From the NCBI RefSeq assembly GCF_963921235.1, contig NC_086108.1, forward strand, positions 104,596,001-104,660,000: a stretch of 64,000 nucleotides of DNA, given 5' to 3'. The translations under genes were made by a program, and so were the position numbers. Positions 23,701 through 38,700 of the stretch are shown piece after piece (the stretch's first letter is position 1; each line of letters opens with the position of its first letter). The notes beneath the pieces are model-generated. The model did no database searches and was not told the origin of the DNA. It was given only the letters and a program-made list of their open reading frames with translations. Source of the DNA: Mobula hypostoma (Eukaryota).

Positions 23701-26700
23701 TGTACAGTTTTGGTCACCGAATTATCGGAAAGATGTCAACAAAACAGAGAGAGTACAGAGAAGATTTACTAGAATGTTACCTGGGTTTCATCACCTAAGT
23801 TACAGAGAAAGGTTGAATAAGTTGGTCTTTATTCTTTGGAACGTAGAAGGTTGAGGGGGGACTTGATAGAGGTATTTAAAATTATGATGGGGATAGATAG
23901 AGTTGACATGGATAGGCTTTTTCCATTGAGAGTGGGGAAGATTCAAACAAGAGGACATGAGTTGAGAGTTAAAGGGCAAAAGTTTAGGGGTAACATGAGG
24001 GGCAACTTCTTTACTCAGAGAGTGGTAGCTGTGTGGAACGAGCTTCCAGCAGAAGTGGTTGAGGCAGGTTCGATGTTGTCGTTTAAAGTTAAATTGGATA
24101 GATACATGGACAGGAAAAGAATGGAGGGTTATGGGCTGAGTGCAGGTCGGTGGGACTAGGTGAGAGTAAGAGTTCGGCACGGACTAGAAGGGCCGAGATG
24201 GCCTGTTTCTGTGCTGTAATTGTTATATGGTTATATGGCTATATGGTTAAAAGACTTCAGGAGATATAGACATGCTACTGGAATGAGCAGGTAAATGGCA
24301 AGGGAAACTTAGTGATGTGGAAAGTGAAATGTTCCAATTTGATATTGGAACATAGAACTGTACAGGCTCTTCGGCCCACAATGTTGTGCTGACCCTTTAA
24401 CCTACTCTAAGATCAATCTAACCCTTCCTTTCTACTTAGGTCACCATTTTTATTTCATTCATGTGCCTGCCTTAGAGTTTCTCAAACGCTCTGAATGTAT
24501 CTGTCTCTACCTCCAGGCCTGGCAGGGTGCTCCAAGCACCTACATTAGGACGGTGAAGAAACAAGATAAACTAGAGAGCTCCATTCAGATCTGGAGGTAG
24601 ATACGCACAGTAAGTTATAAGTACAGGGCATGTTGAGAAGTCAATTTAAAAAAGCTGAGGGGATCCTGAGCTTTATAAATAGAGGCAAGGAGTACAGCAC
24701 AGTGAGGTTATGATGAAATCAACAAACAGGAATGGAATAGAAAGATATGGGCTGAGTGCAGGTTAGTGGAACAGAATCAACAAACTCATTCGTAAGGCCA
24801 GTGATGTTGTGAGGTGGAACTGGACTCTCTGACGGTGGTGTCTGAAAAGAGGATGCTGTCCAAGTTGCATGCCATCTTGGACAATGTCCCCCATCCACTA
24901 CATAATGTACTGGTTGGGCACAGGAGTACATTCAGCCAGAGACTCATTCCACCGAGATGCAACACAGAGTGTCATAGGAAGTCATTCCTGCCTGTGGCCA
25001 TCAAACTTTACAACTCCTCCCTTGGAGGGTCAGACACCCTGAGCCAATAGGCTGGTCTTGGACTTATTTTCTGGCATAATTCACATATTACTATTTAATT
25101 ATTTATGGTTTTATTACTATTTAATGATTTATGGTGCAACAGTAACGAAAAGCAATTTCTCCTGGGATCAATAAAGTATGACTATGACTAAATACTGAGT
25201 CGTATGTCTGCACCATGGACCTGTCCCAAACCTCAAGCATCCATGCACTCTATCCCCATTACATTTTCCCATATTCCCATCAATTATCCTGACATTTTAT
25301 GACTCACCCACACAGAATGGATTTTTATTGTATTTTTTATTTAGAGACACAGTGTGGAACAGGCTCGTTCAAGCCCACTGACCGACCTATTTAACACTAG
25401 CCTTAACACAGGGCAATTTACAATGAACAATTAACCTACTAACCAGTATGGCTTTGGACTGTGGGAGGAAACCAGAGCACCTGGAGGAAACTCACACACA
25501 CACACACTGGAAGAATGTACAATCTTTCTTACAGAGGATGCTGGAATTGAACTCGGAACTCCGACACCTCAAGCTGTAATAGCATCGCGCTAACCGCTAC
25601 GATTCCATGGTGCCGCATAGTCTACCGTGCCGCCCCAAATGGTAAGTGTCATCTGATTTGCTCGGTGAATTCACTTACCAACTTTCATGGCTTTGAGATA
25701 TGGGAGGAGACTGGAACCCCTGCAGGAAGCCTGTAGAGTTACAGAGAGAGAGAGCATGCAGACTCTGAGAGAGTCTGTCCTCTCGGTCTCCTGGCTTCCA
25801 TGCACAAATAAATCATAGTGTGTGTGACCCCATCACATTACAGTTCTCAGCTCCAGTATCCCGAGGAAACTTGAGTAAGGATGTTTAATTGGTCTTTGAT
25901 GTCACAAGTGACTGCAGATTCTGAATCTGGAGCAACATACATTCTGTTGGAGGAACTTTGAGAGGGACAGCATTTGTGGAGGGGAAAGAATAGTCAACAC
26001 TTTTATTCGACACCTCACTTACAGAGTTCCTCCAACAGACGCTTGTTGCCTTTACCTGTGCCGCACCAATTTTCACCCTCTCTCCCCGCTTCATCGCCCA
26101 GTTTCACCTGTTACTCTGTTTGTTTGCGTTCTTATCCCACAGGCTTTGAAGGTTGGCCAGGTTTGCAGAGTGCAGCAGCTGGGACAGATACAGGAACATC
26201 TGGGGAGTATCAGGATGCACTTTGACCTGGTTCTTTTGCATCAACTCTTCCAGCATCTTGGTAACCTGTCAAGCAAACCGAGGGAGCATATGTTCAGGAC
26301 CGTGAATGTGAGGGGATCATCTCCATCTCCATTAAAATGTTTGGAACCACTGATTCTACTGTATTCTTTGTTTTACTGTGAATGCCATACAAAAATGAAT
26401 CTCAAGGTAGTATATTGTCAGGAAATGTAGAGGAAGCTTGACTAAAGTGCAGAGCAGTGGAGATGATTTAGCAGTAAGTGATCATTAAAAAAAACCTGCA
26501 AAATAACAAGCCATGGGTGGGGGGGGGTGCATAAGACAAAAGAGAATGGATACTTAACATGACAAGGTAACTGAAGGCTTGGAGCAATTGTTTGAGACTA
26601 GCTAGTCCGTATGAGTGAACCAGGACCGTGGATAAGAGCTGGGTAAAATGGGCTGTAGGAGATGCGTTAGAAATGAGTGGCAGGTGACTCCTATTAGCTG

Positions 26701-29700
26701 GCTGGAGACTGGGAGGTGCCGGCGTGTGCTGGCCTGACATTATATGCTGATACATATATACTTTGATAATAAATTTACTTCGAAATTTACTTTGGATTGA
26801 TGGAGAAGAGAAAATCTGTAGACTTTTATAGTACAGTGTAAGTACCACAGAATGCACTGGAGATGAGATGTTATGTTGAAGTTGTATAAGACATTGGTGA
26901 GGCCTAATTTGGAGTATTGCAGGCAGTTCTGCTCACCAACCTACAGGAAATATATCAACAGGACTGAAAGAGTGCAGAGAGAATTGACAAGGATGTTGCC
27001 CAGCCTTGAGAACCTGAGTTATAGAGAAAGATTGTGTAGACTGGAATACAGGAGAATTAGAAGAGATTTGAGAGATACATAAAATTTTGAGGAGTATAGA
27101 TTGGGTAAAAACAAGCAGGCTTTTGTCCACTGAGATAGGGTGAGACCAGATCTAGGTGTGATAGGTTAGGGGTGAAAGGAGAAATATTTTAAGGGGAACG
27201 AGGGGGAAACTTCTTCATACAGAGGCTGGAGAGAGTGTGGAGCCAGCTGCCAGCAGAAGTGATGGATGCTGGTCCAACGCAACATTAAGAGAACTTTAGA
27301 TAAATACATGGATGAGAGAGGTATGAAGGACTATGACTCATGTGCGGGTCGATGGGACTAGACAGAATATTTTGGCACAGACTAAATGGGCCAAAGGGCC
27401 TGTTCTGTGCTGTAACACTATACGACTCTAGAACAAATATCAAAAATAACAGACACCCATGAATTCTAAGCTTCATCAAAAACTGAGGCTCCATCCACAG
27501 AAGCTAAAATACTGGGACATACTGTATGCATGTACCAAAATGCTTATTAGTAGCATTAGTAGGCTATTTACCTCATTGAACCTGTTCCTTTGTTTAATAA
27601 GGTCATTACTGACCTGAAAAGAATATGGTGAGCAGTTTTAAGAGAGGATATGCCGGCACTGGAGAGGATCCTGAGGAAGTTCATGACAATGATCCTGGGA
27701 ATGAAAGGGTTAAAATACGAGGGGTCTTTGATGGTTCTGGGCCTGTACTCGCTGGAGTTTACAAGAATGAGAGGGGATCTCATTGAAACCTATCAAATAT
27801 TGAAAGGCAGAGATAAGGTGGATGTGGAGAGGATGTTTCCTCTCGTGAGGAAGTCTTGGACCACAGGGCACAATCTCTGATGTCCCTTTAGAATAGAGAT
27901 GAGGAGAATGGTGAATCTATGGAATTCATTGCCACAGATGCTCTGAAGACCAGGTCATGATATATTTGAAGTGGAGGTTGATAGGTTTTTGATTAGTAAG
28001 GGGATCAAAGATTACAGGAAGAGGGTTGGAGAATGGAGTTGAGAGGGATAATATAGAGCGTGGTGGGTGCATGGGACGTGCTGCTAGAGGCAGATATATT
28101 AGAGACATTTAAGAAGCTTTTAGATATGCACACAAGTGAGAGCAAAATTCAGGCCTATGTGGGAGGAGGAGGGTTAGATTGATTTTAGAGTGGGTTAAGG
28201 GGTCAGCACATCATCAGGGCTGAAGTGTTCTGTTCTAGAGCCTTTTGAGACAACCGACATAAGCCTGGCAAGCAAGCGGATCTTGAGAGGAAGAGAGAGG
28301 GAAAAGCCTGTGATGTGTTGGATGCCTACGAGCCATGCTGCTGAAGTCATGGCTGCTATTGATGGAGGCCAGAATGTCCAAGAGGTTGGAACTGCAAAGG
28401 CCTTGTGCTGGAGGAACTCCCAGATACTGACTTAGGCAAAATCATGGAGAAGGTGAATATAGAAATTTTCAGTGGAATAACTGGGACACAGTCACACTTA
28501 CCTTGGAGTCACTATATGAGGGCTTGACAAACTGCATTGGCATTTGCATCAGCTCATTGGAAAACTGGTATTTCAGACCTCCTCTCTTTTCCATCGAGTT
28601 TATGGGCACGGGTAATGACTCATTTTTGAAATCCAACAAGTAGAGGTGTTGCCTATTTCCAAAATCAAAGACAAGCTCCTTAGTGAGAGCGGAAAACAGA
28701 GTCGTAAAGTCGTAGAGCAAAATAGCATTGAAATAGGCTCTTCAGCCCATCTGGTCCATGCCAACCATGATTCCCACAGAACTAATCCCATTTACCTGTA
28801 TACGGCCCATGTCATTCTAAACCCTTCCAATCCAAAATGTCTATCTAATCTAGATCCATCTGCCTGCATTTGGCAAGTATTATATCCCTCTCAGCCTTTC
28901 CTTCTCCATGGTGCACATCAGTTCTTTTAATAAATTGTCACATTATTTGCTCACTTATAGTCTTTGGTAGTATTGAGTTTGGCTAAAGTACAGCATACAA
29001 AGAACTGAAGGGCATTTTCAGGTATACTATAGCCAGGATTTTAAAACTGCTTCTTGTAGCAATGTAACCATTCCATGATAGCCTGAAGCACGGCTGCAAA
29101 AGGAGAAGGGTTGCGCATTAGGCTAGTAATCCCATCGCGCAAAAACTCAGTACTACAAAAATAGAAGCTCCAATGATCTTATTCCTGGGAGAGAAAGGAT
29201 CTTCACCCAATGACTGATCCAAGACAGAGGACTCTGCTAAGCTGTTGTCGGCAGCCTACTGTATGCTCCAGTAGGGGTGACAGGTGTAAGTAGGTATAAT
29301 TGTACCACTGTAAAATTTTTCTCTCATCCACTCTTTCTGCTTTAAAAGAAATGCCAGCACTTATTCCTTACTTTTCATTATACTCACGATAATATTGTGG
29401 GCAATTTTGGGCCTTTTGTATAAGGAAGATGCACTGACCTTGGAGGCTCAGAGGAGGTTCACACCAGTCATCCAGGGAATTGAAGGGTTATGAGGAGAAC
29501 TTAGTGGCTCTAGGTCTGTAGTCAGTGGAGTTCAGAAGGATGAGACGGGGATTTTGTTTAAATCTACCAGATGCTGAAAGGCTTGGATAAAGTGGATGTG
29601 GGGAGGATGTTTCCAGTAATAGGAAAGTCTAGGATCTGAAAGCACAGCCTCAGAATAAAAGCACGTCCCTTTAGAAGTGAGATGAAGAGGAAATTCTTCA

Positions 29701-32700
29701 GTCAAAGGGTGGTAAATCTGTGGAATTTATTGCCACAGGTAGCTGTGGAGGTTAAGCCACTGGATATATTTAACACAGAGATTGATTGGTATGGGGGTTA
29801 AGGATTACAGGGAGAAGTTGGGAGAATGAGTTTGAGAAGAAAATAAAATCAGTTATGAGTAAATGGTGGAGGGGAATACATGGGCCTTTTGTGAACTTTT
29901 TGCTGATGTATGAAGCTGCATGCTTTATCTCAGGGCATTTGGAATGCTGTTACCTAACACTAAAAAGCTATCTCTAGCTTTTTTTAAATATTCTAATAGA
30001 CTTCATCTGTGCACTTAGTAGTCCTGAGCAGACCTCTTGTTCATCTAGCTTCTTGATTCTTCATCATTGCCAGGTCTATAGAGAAAAATATTGACAATTC
30101 GTTGCCACAGACTGCTGTGGAGGTCAAGTCACTTGGTATATTTAAAGTGGAGGTTGATAGGTTCTTGATTAATAAGGGCTTCAAAAGTTATGGGGAGAAA
30201 GCAGGAGAAATGGATTGAAGAAGATAGTATATCAGCCAAGATGAAATAGAGGAGAAGACTTGAAGGGCCAAATGGCCTAATTCTGCTCCTGTGTCTTATG
30301 GTATTATGGTCTACAAACAAAAGCTACTATGTTATTATTCAGAGATAATTGAAATTCTCATGATGAATTTTTCATCACGAGAACTTCTATTATATTGCCT
30401 TATGGTACTTTGGGTATATGTACTTTGTAACTCCATTTAATGAGATGCTTATTTTAGCATCTATAATGGAAATTCTTTATATTATTGTCCACACGTGCCC
30501 CTGAGTAGACTCCAGCCATTGATTACTTCAAACCTACATCTTTTTAACACTTTCCACTGTCGCTGTTATAACAGGGAAATTGTCCTACCAGCTTGGGAGA
30601 TAAATTGGTATTTCTATGTCTTGGCAACTTTATCATGAGACAATCTCAATGAGGTGCAAGAAAATCCAATCTGCGGGAGGAACTCAACAGGTCAAGCAGC
30701 GTCATCATTCAAGATAATTTAATGTCATTTCCAGTACACATGTGTAAAGGAGAATGAAATAATTGTTACTCTATATCTGATGCAGCACACAGAAAAGAAC
30801 AAAATAAGGAAAAGAACACAATAATAATAAAAAGCACAATAAAGACAAATATGTAAGTTAACTTGTATGCCTGTACATAGATTGATTGTACATCCATTCA
30901 GTGACACTAGGCACAGGAGTGTCTGCACATAAAGTGACTGACAGGAAATGATAAAGCTTTTACCCCTCTGCCTAAATGGATATTGATCCCGTGAACACTA
31001 CCTCACTTTTAAAATATATATTATTTCTGTTTTTGTACGATTTTTCATCAATTCATTGTACATATACTGTAATTTATTTATTATTTTTTCTTTTTTTCTT
31101 CTTCTTCTATATCATGTGTTGCATTGAACTGCTGCTGCTAAGTTAACAAATTTCATGTCACATGTTGGTGATAACAAACCTGATTCAGATTCTGAAGTAG
31201 TGGTGGTTGGGGATGTGGAGGGGTGGGTTAGTGGGTGGAGTTGTTGATCAGCCATACTGCTTGGGGAAAGTAATTGATTTTGAGTCTGATAGCCCTGGTG
31301 TGGATGCCACGTAGAGCCCTCCCTAATGGGAGTGTGACGAACAGTCCATGAGCAAGGTGGATGGGATCCTTCATGAAGTTACTGGACCTTTTCCGGCAAC
31401 TTTCTGTATATACGTCCTTGGTGATAGGTAGGCTAGTGCCAGTGATGTGTTGGGGGGGGGGGGGGAAGAGGAATTATTGAAATTTCAGATTGAAACTCTG
31501 CATCAGGACCCTCACAGATGCTGCTCGAGCTTCTGGATTTCCACCAGCAGACTCTAACATCTGCAGTCTCTTGTGTCTTGAATTTCAAGGAGGCGGTGTA
31601 CGTGGAATTTTGTGTGGACATCTATTGTCACGTGGATTACGGAGGCTGGTTAATGTCAAATCCATGAGGTCTCCATTGTGGCAATATCGGAAAGATATTG
31701 AAAAATCGAGGGCTATAGGTAAACCTAGGTAATTTCTAAAGTAAGTACATGTTCAGCACAGCTTTGTGAGCTGAAGGGCCTGCATTGTGCTGTAGGCTTT
31801 CTATGTTTTCTATCTGAGTTTGCTTAACTATGACATCCAGCATCATGAAGTGCTTCAAGAGGCTGGTTCATGACACGTATCAATTCCAGCTTTCCAGACA
31901 ACCTTGATACTGCAATTCCCTTACTGCCAAAACAGATCAATGATGGACACCATCTCCCTGTCCTACATTCATCTCTGGAGCATCTGGACAGCAAAGACAC
32001 TAAAGATAACACAATTTCCAGTGCTATTATTGCAAGCAAACTGATCACAATACTCCAAACCCTTGGGAGTCAATGCCACCCTCTGTTACAAGATCCTTGA
32101 TCTCCTGACCTAAGACCACAGTCAGTAAGGATAGGCAGCAACACCTCTACCATGATCATTATAAACCTGTGTGCTCCACAAGAACATTCATGACTGTGTG
32201 GTCAGATTCTGCTCTAGGTGGGTGGATGGGGAGGGAGGGGATGACATAAGAAGCTGAGAGGTGATAAATGGAAGAGGTAAAGGGCTGAAGAAGTAGGAAT
32301 CTAATTGGAGAGGACAATGGACCATGGGAGAGAGGGAAGAAGGAGGGGAACCAGAGAGAGGTGATGGGCAGGTGAAGAGAACAGAAAAGATGATGGGTTA
32401 ATCAGAATAAGGAATGGATAAAGAAAGAACAGGGAGAAGGGAAAGGGGTGTGAGGGAAGCAATTACTGGAGGATAAAGAGAAATTGATGTTCATATTATC
32501 ATGTTAAAGGCTACCCCTCTATAGAGGCTATGGAACGTGAGTTATTGCTCCTCCAATCTGACCTTGGCCTCATCAGGACAGTAAAGGAGGCTATGGACGA
32601 ACATGTCAGAATGGGAATGGGATGTCAAAATGAAATGGGTAGCCACCAGCAGATCCTGCCTTTTGCTTTGTATTGGCTGCTGTCTGAGTTGGCTTATCAG

Positions 32701-35700
32701 TACCCAAGCTTCATAGTCAAGTAGGTTTTAGAATTTGATGATCATCTACTGCAAATACAACCATAAATGTTTGAAAGGTTTGTTCAGTTCCTCCTGTACA
32801 AAGATTTCAGTGACTATCAATGGCTTGGCATCCATCTTCATTCACGTGAGAATATTGAGTCTCTTAATGTCTGCATATAAATCCTTAAACATATTTATAG
32901 ATTGTTCGAACAGTCTCATTAAACAAGCTTATGGTGCATTCACACTAAACACTGTACATCTTTTGCTCCAGATTCCAGTATCCACAGTCTCTTGTATCTC
33001 CGAAGGGGAGGGATAGATTGACCTTTTGTTTTCATTTAAAAAGTCAACAGACCATTGTGGGCTGAAGAATACGTTCTGTGCTGTATTGTTCTATGTATGT
33101 TCTATGTTCGAAGAAGACGTTCAAAAATGCAGGTTGGAGAGAGAGAGATTTCAATAAAGGAGCTTTCACCTTTTTTCACTGGAATTTATAAGAATGAGGC
33201 TTATCACATTGAAACCTATTGAATGTTGAAAGGCTTAGATAGAGTTAATGTGGAGGGGATGCTTTGTATAGAAGGGGAGTCTAGGACCAGAGGGCACAGA
33301 CTTATAATAGAGGGACGTTCACTTAGAATGGAGATAAGGAGGAATTTCTTTAGCCACAGAGTGGTGAATCTGTGGAACTCACTGCCACAGGAGACTGAGG
33401 AGGCCAAGTCACTGGGTGCATTTAAGTTAGTGGTTGATAGATTGAAAGGTTTGGGGGAGAAGGCAGGGGAATGGGGTTCAGAGTGAAATGAATCAATCAT
33501 GATAAATGCTGGAGCAGACTCAATGGGCCAAATGGTCTAATTCTACTTTTATGTCTTATGGTCTTGTGATAACAAGATTCAGGCTTCATACCCCAAAATA
33601 AGAAATTCTCATTTTTACATTCACCTTGAGTCAGTGCTGGCTACACCATCGAGCTCATTAAATGGTGTGAACTGATGGGATTCTTTGCTGACAACTTCAG
33701 CAACCTCCGCTCCCTGCTCCACACTTGTCAAGATGTAGGTATACGTGGAAACACTTCGGAGATTCTTGCCTTTCTACATAAAGAGAGACGTGTGTTATTT
33801 AGCTTCACTTAGATCACTGAAAGTGCAATCACTGTGGACGGCATGGTAGTGTAATGTTTTACAGTGCCGGCAGTCTGGGTTCAATTCCCACCACTGTCTG
33901 TAAGGAATTTGTACGTTTTCCCCCGACCCTTTGTGTGCTCAGTTTCCTCCCACTTACAGATTAGTGAGTTGTGAGCTGCCATGATGGCGCCGGAAACGTG
34001 GCAACACTTTCCTGCATATATTCAGGTTGTGTTGGTTACCGATGGAAACAACGCATTTCACAGTATGTTTCGATATTCTGATGTACAAATGACAAACAAA
34101 GCTAACATTTTCATCTCTGCCCCTTCACTGACTGTTTTCTTGTTGTCTGGTGACTTGAATCAGAATGGGATCCAAGATTACTTCTATTGAAGTGAATGGA
34201 AGTTGAACTTGGCAGAATTTTCAGCTAACTGTGGTGAAGGGAAATACTACTGCATGGTTTCTCTCAATGAGGGCCTTCAGCACATTCTTTAGAGCATAGC
34301 TTTAAGTTAATGGGGGAATTTTTTTTTTATATAAAGAGAGGGATTTTATTCCCTGGAGCGTAGAAGAATGAGGGGAGATTTGATAGAGGTACATAAAATT
34401 ATGATGGGTATAGATATAGATAGAGTGAATGCAAGCAGGCTTCTTCCACTGAGGCAAGGGGAGAAAAAAAAGAGGCCATGGGTTAAGGGTGAAGGGGGAA
34501 AGTTTAAAGGGAACATTGGGGGGGGCTTCTTCACACAGAGAGTGGTGGGAGTGTGGAATGAGCTGCCAGATGAAGTGGTAAATGCGGGCTCACTTTTAAC
34601 ATTTAAGAAAAACTTGGACAGGTATATGGATGAGAGGTGTGTGGAAGGATATGGTCCAGGTGCAGGTCAGTGGGACTAGGCAGAAAAATGGTTCGGCACA
34701 GCCAAGAAGGGCCAAAAGGCCTGTTTCTGTGCTGTAATTTTCTATGGTTCTATGGATGGGTGCATGGAATGGAAGCAGATTTGATACAAATTTTTAACTG
34801 CTGTACCTGCATGCCCACTTTCAATGACTGGTGTATAATGACACCCAGGTCTCGTTGCACCTCCCCTTTTCCTAATCGGCCACCATTCAGATAATAATCT
34901 GTTTTCCTATTTTTGCCACCAAAGTGGATAAGCAATGTTAAGCAATTCATTTTGAGAGATCTAGAGTATAAAAGCAAGGATGTAATACTGAGGCTTTGTA
35001 AGGCCTTGGTCAGACTGCACTTGAAGTATTGTAAGCAATTTTGGGTCAATTAACTAAGAAAGCATGTGCTGACATTGGAACGTGTCTGGAGGATGATCCC
35101 GGCGAGGAAAGGCCCAACCTACAGTATGAAGAATGTTTGATGGTTCTAGGCAACGTTCCATCTTTTTTTTTTACAGCTGCACAGAACAACCATTGCTCTG
35201 AGTAGGAAATATTTACAGGAAATGGCCTAATTCTGCTCCTATGTCTTATGGTCTTATGGCATTCAGGGCCGAAGGGACTGTTCCTGTGCTGTAATGTTCT
35301 GTGTTCTGTGTTCACTGTTGTCTTCTTGGTGCACATCCAGATGCTGTGAACACTACAAGTGATTTGGAAAAGGACTTGAGCTCATTGAAGCCGGCTTATC
35401 AGGGCAGTTTAATCTACTTTGGTTCCTCCTTTTCCTCCCTGCCCCTCTCCGCAGCTCCTATATTGCTGTATTAAATGATTCCCTAGTATGGTGAGATGGA
35501 CTCTTGACCTCACAATCTACCTCGTTACGACCTGGCACCTATTGTCTGCCTGCATTGCACTTTCTTTGTAGCTGTAGCATTTTTGTTTTACTGTTCAATG
35601 CATTAATGTAGTAGTCTGATGAACAATATGCAAGACAAGATCTTAACTCTATCCTTGTGCATGTTACAATAATAAACTGACTTCAATAACCCCTTGTATT

Positions 35701-38700
35701 TTTTCGGGTTTGAAGTAAATTGGTTGCAATTTATTGGCCTTGATCTAGGTTTTCCTATCATGACCTGTTATTTTCCTTCATTTCATCTATATTTTAATCT
35801 AATCAGCCTTTAATTATGGGGAAGGCAACCTGTCTTCACCGAGCAAAGATGTTGCTGGGAGTTGAGGGCCTGAGTTATAGGGAAAGGTTGAAATAGGATA
35901 AGACTTTATTCCCTGAGTGTAGAAGATTGAGAGGAAATTTGTTGGAGATACACAAAATTATGAGGGGTGTAGATAGAGTAAGTGCAAGCAGGCTATTTCC
36001 ACTGAGGTTGAATAAGACTGGAACTGGAGGTCATGGTTTAAGGGTGAAAGGTGAAATACTGAAGGGGAATCTTAGGGAAAATTCCTTCACTCAGAGGTTG
36101 GTGCGAGTGTGGAAGGACCAGCTTGTGGAAATGGTGGATGTGGGTTTGACTGCAATATTTAAGAGAAGTTTGGATAAGTATATGGATGGGAGTGCTACTG
36201 TCAAGGTGTTGGCTGATGGGACTAGGTAGATTAATAGTCAGAATAGACTAGCTGGGCTGAAGGGCCTGCTTTTGTGCTTTAGTGCTCTATGACTCTATAA
36301 TTCTTGTAGCGTAGTCCTTTCAGTCTGAAGAATGGCTATCGACCACCACACCCCATGAAAGTGCCTCTTATTCAATGTGGCTGCAGACTAACTTGCATAT
36401 GCACATCCCACACACCTTCTGGAAACCCACTGCAAAACTGTCCACAATCAATCTATTCATCACCATATTAACTCTTGGCTAAACAGAACTTCCTAGGGAA
36501 ATCTTCAAAGAAGCTGAATTCTGAGGAACACACACATATTGCTGAAGGAACTCAGTAGGTCAGGCCACATCCATGGAGAGGAATAAACAGTCGACTTCTC
36601 AGGCCTAGACTTGACTCTGACGATGAGTCTTGACCCAAGATGTCAGCTGTTAATTTCTCTCCACAGATATTGCCTGACCTGTTGAGATCATCCAGCATTT
36701 TGTGTGTAGCTTGTGATTGCCAGCATCTGCAAAATTTCTTGTGTTTACGGAGGGAAATGGACAGCCAACATTTTTGGGTTGAGATATTAGAGAGCCCAAA
36801 ACATTGATAATCCACTTCTCTCCATGGATGCTGCCTGACCCACTGAGTTCCTCCAGTGCTTTTTTTCCTGTTGCTCCGTATTTTATGCATCTGCAGTCTC
36901 TTGTGTCTACAATAAGGCAATAAGACATAGGGTGCAGGCGTGCACAGGGTTCCTTTGCTTTACCAGTTTCTTTTTCGTCCCTCGGTATCTACCTTTACTG
37001 CACCCCCGATTCATCCAATTTTAGCTTCTCCCTTTCAGGGTGAATTCTATCATATTGTGATTATTTTTCTCCCAAGGGGTCCTTTACCTTAAGCTCCATT
37101 ATCAAATCTTGGTCACTACATAATACCCAGTTTAGAATTGCCATTTCCCTAGTGGGATGAACCACAAGCTGTTCTATAAAGCCATCTTGTAGACATTCCA
37201 CAAATTCCTTCTCTTGGGATCCAGCACCAACCAGATTTTCCCAATCCACCTGCATATTGAACTCCACCATGACCGTCATAACATTGCCCTTTTGTACATG
37301 CCTTTTCTATCCCACATTGTAATTTCTACACCTTAGAAGCGATGGGCCAAGGGACCTGTTTCTGTGTTATACAATTCTGTGGCTGATGAACATCAGACTC
37401 AGGGGAGGAGAAAGTTGCCTACTGAGTTGGGATTGAACTTTGATAATTGATATGTATTTGCATGCTTCTTTTCTTTTTGATTACACAGCGCCATACATTT
37501 ACCATTTGGCAGGTTTCGCATTGCTGGAAGTAATCACTGCCCTTAGACTCTGAGATCTTTTCCTCGCAGGCATTCAGATCCTTGGACTTTGTGATGGTAA
37601 TATGCTTGGCTTTCTTGTCTTCTTGGATGGTGTAACTCGTGAGACAGACGCCTTCCAATCCATTCTAGGCAGAAAAGCAGTTGGTCACTGCACATACATT
37701 TCAACAAGGGGAGAACACCACCAACACCTGTCCCCTTTAATCTCTAGCACAATAGACCACGGGTGGCAAACCTTTCTGAGAACATGTGCCCAAATTGGCT
37801 ATAAACTCAGAAAAATTAATCTCGCTTGCTATGGTAATTTTGAGCAAAGATTAGTGAATCATTAACAATGACTATGGACATTTTTAAGAAAAAAAGATGG
37901 GGTGATGGGCTTTGTTGCTTAGTCAGTGTTGTATTATTAATAAAAGTATAATAGAGACAGATTGAAATACATGAAGTATTGTAGAAACCCTGTTCAAAAA
38001 TTAATCTTTTAAAAAATAACAATTTCAAAATACATCAAAGTTGCTGGTGAACATAGCAGGTCAGGCAGCATCTCTAGGAAGAGGTACAGTTGACGTTTCA
38101 GGCCGAGACCCTTCGTCAGGACTAACTGAAGAAAGAGCTAGTAAGAGATTAAAAAGTGGGAGGGGGAGGGGGAGATCCTAAATGATAGGAGAAGACAGGA
38201 GGGGGACGGATGGAGCCAAGAGCTGGACAGGTGATTGGCAAAAGGGATATGAGAGGATCATGGGACAGGAGGCCCAGGGGATGGGCAAGGGGTATAGTGA
38301 GAGGGACAGAGGGAGAAAAAGGAGAGAGAGAAAAAGAATGTGTGTATATAAATAAATAATGGATGGGGTACGAGGGGGAGGTGGGGCATTAGCAGAAGTT
38401 TGAGAAGTCAGTGTTCATGCCATCAGGTTGGAGGCTACCCAGACGGAATATAAGGTGTTGTTCCTCCAACCTGAGTGTGGCTTCATCTTTACAGTAGAGG
38501 AGGCCGTGGATAGATATTTCAGAATGGGAATGGGATGTGGAATTAAAATGTGTGGCCACTGGGAGATCCTGCTTTCTCTGGCAGACAGAGCGCAGGTTTT
38601 CAGCAAACCAGCTCCCAGTCTGCGTCGGGTCTCGCCAATATATAGAAGGCCACATCGGGAGCTCCGGACGCAGTATATCACCCCAGCCGCCTCACAGGTG

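Noticed and set aside
27600..27615. AGGTCA-TTAC-TGACCT palindrome as an ERE
   Set aside because: Spacer is 4 nt rather than 3, and it lies among repeat fragments in intron 7.
37758..38030. hAT-like element terminus (CACGGGTGGCAAACCTTT)
   Set aside because: No matching second terminus or 8-bp TSD found.
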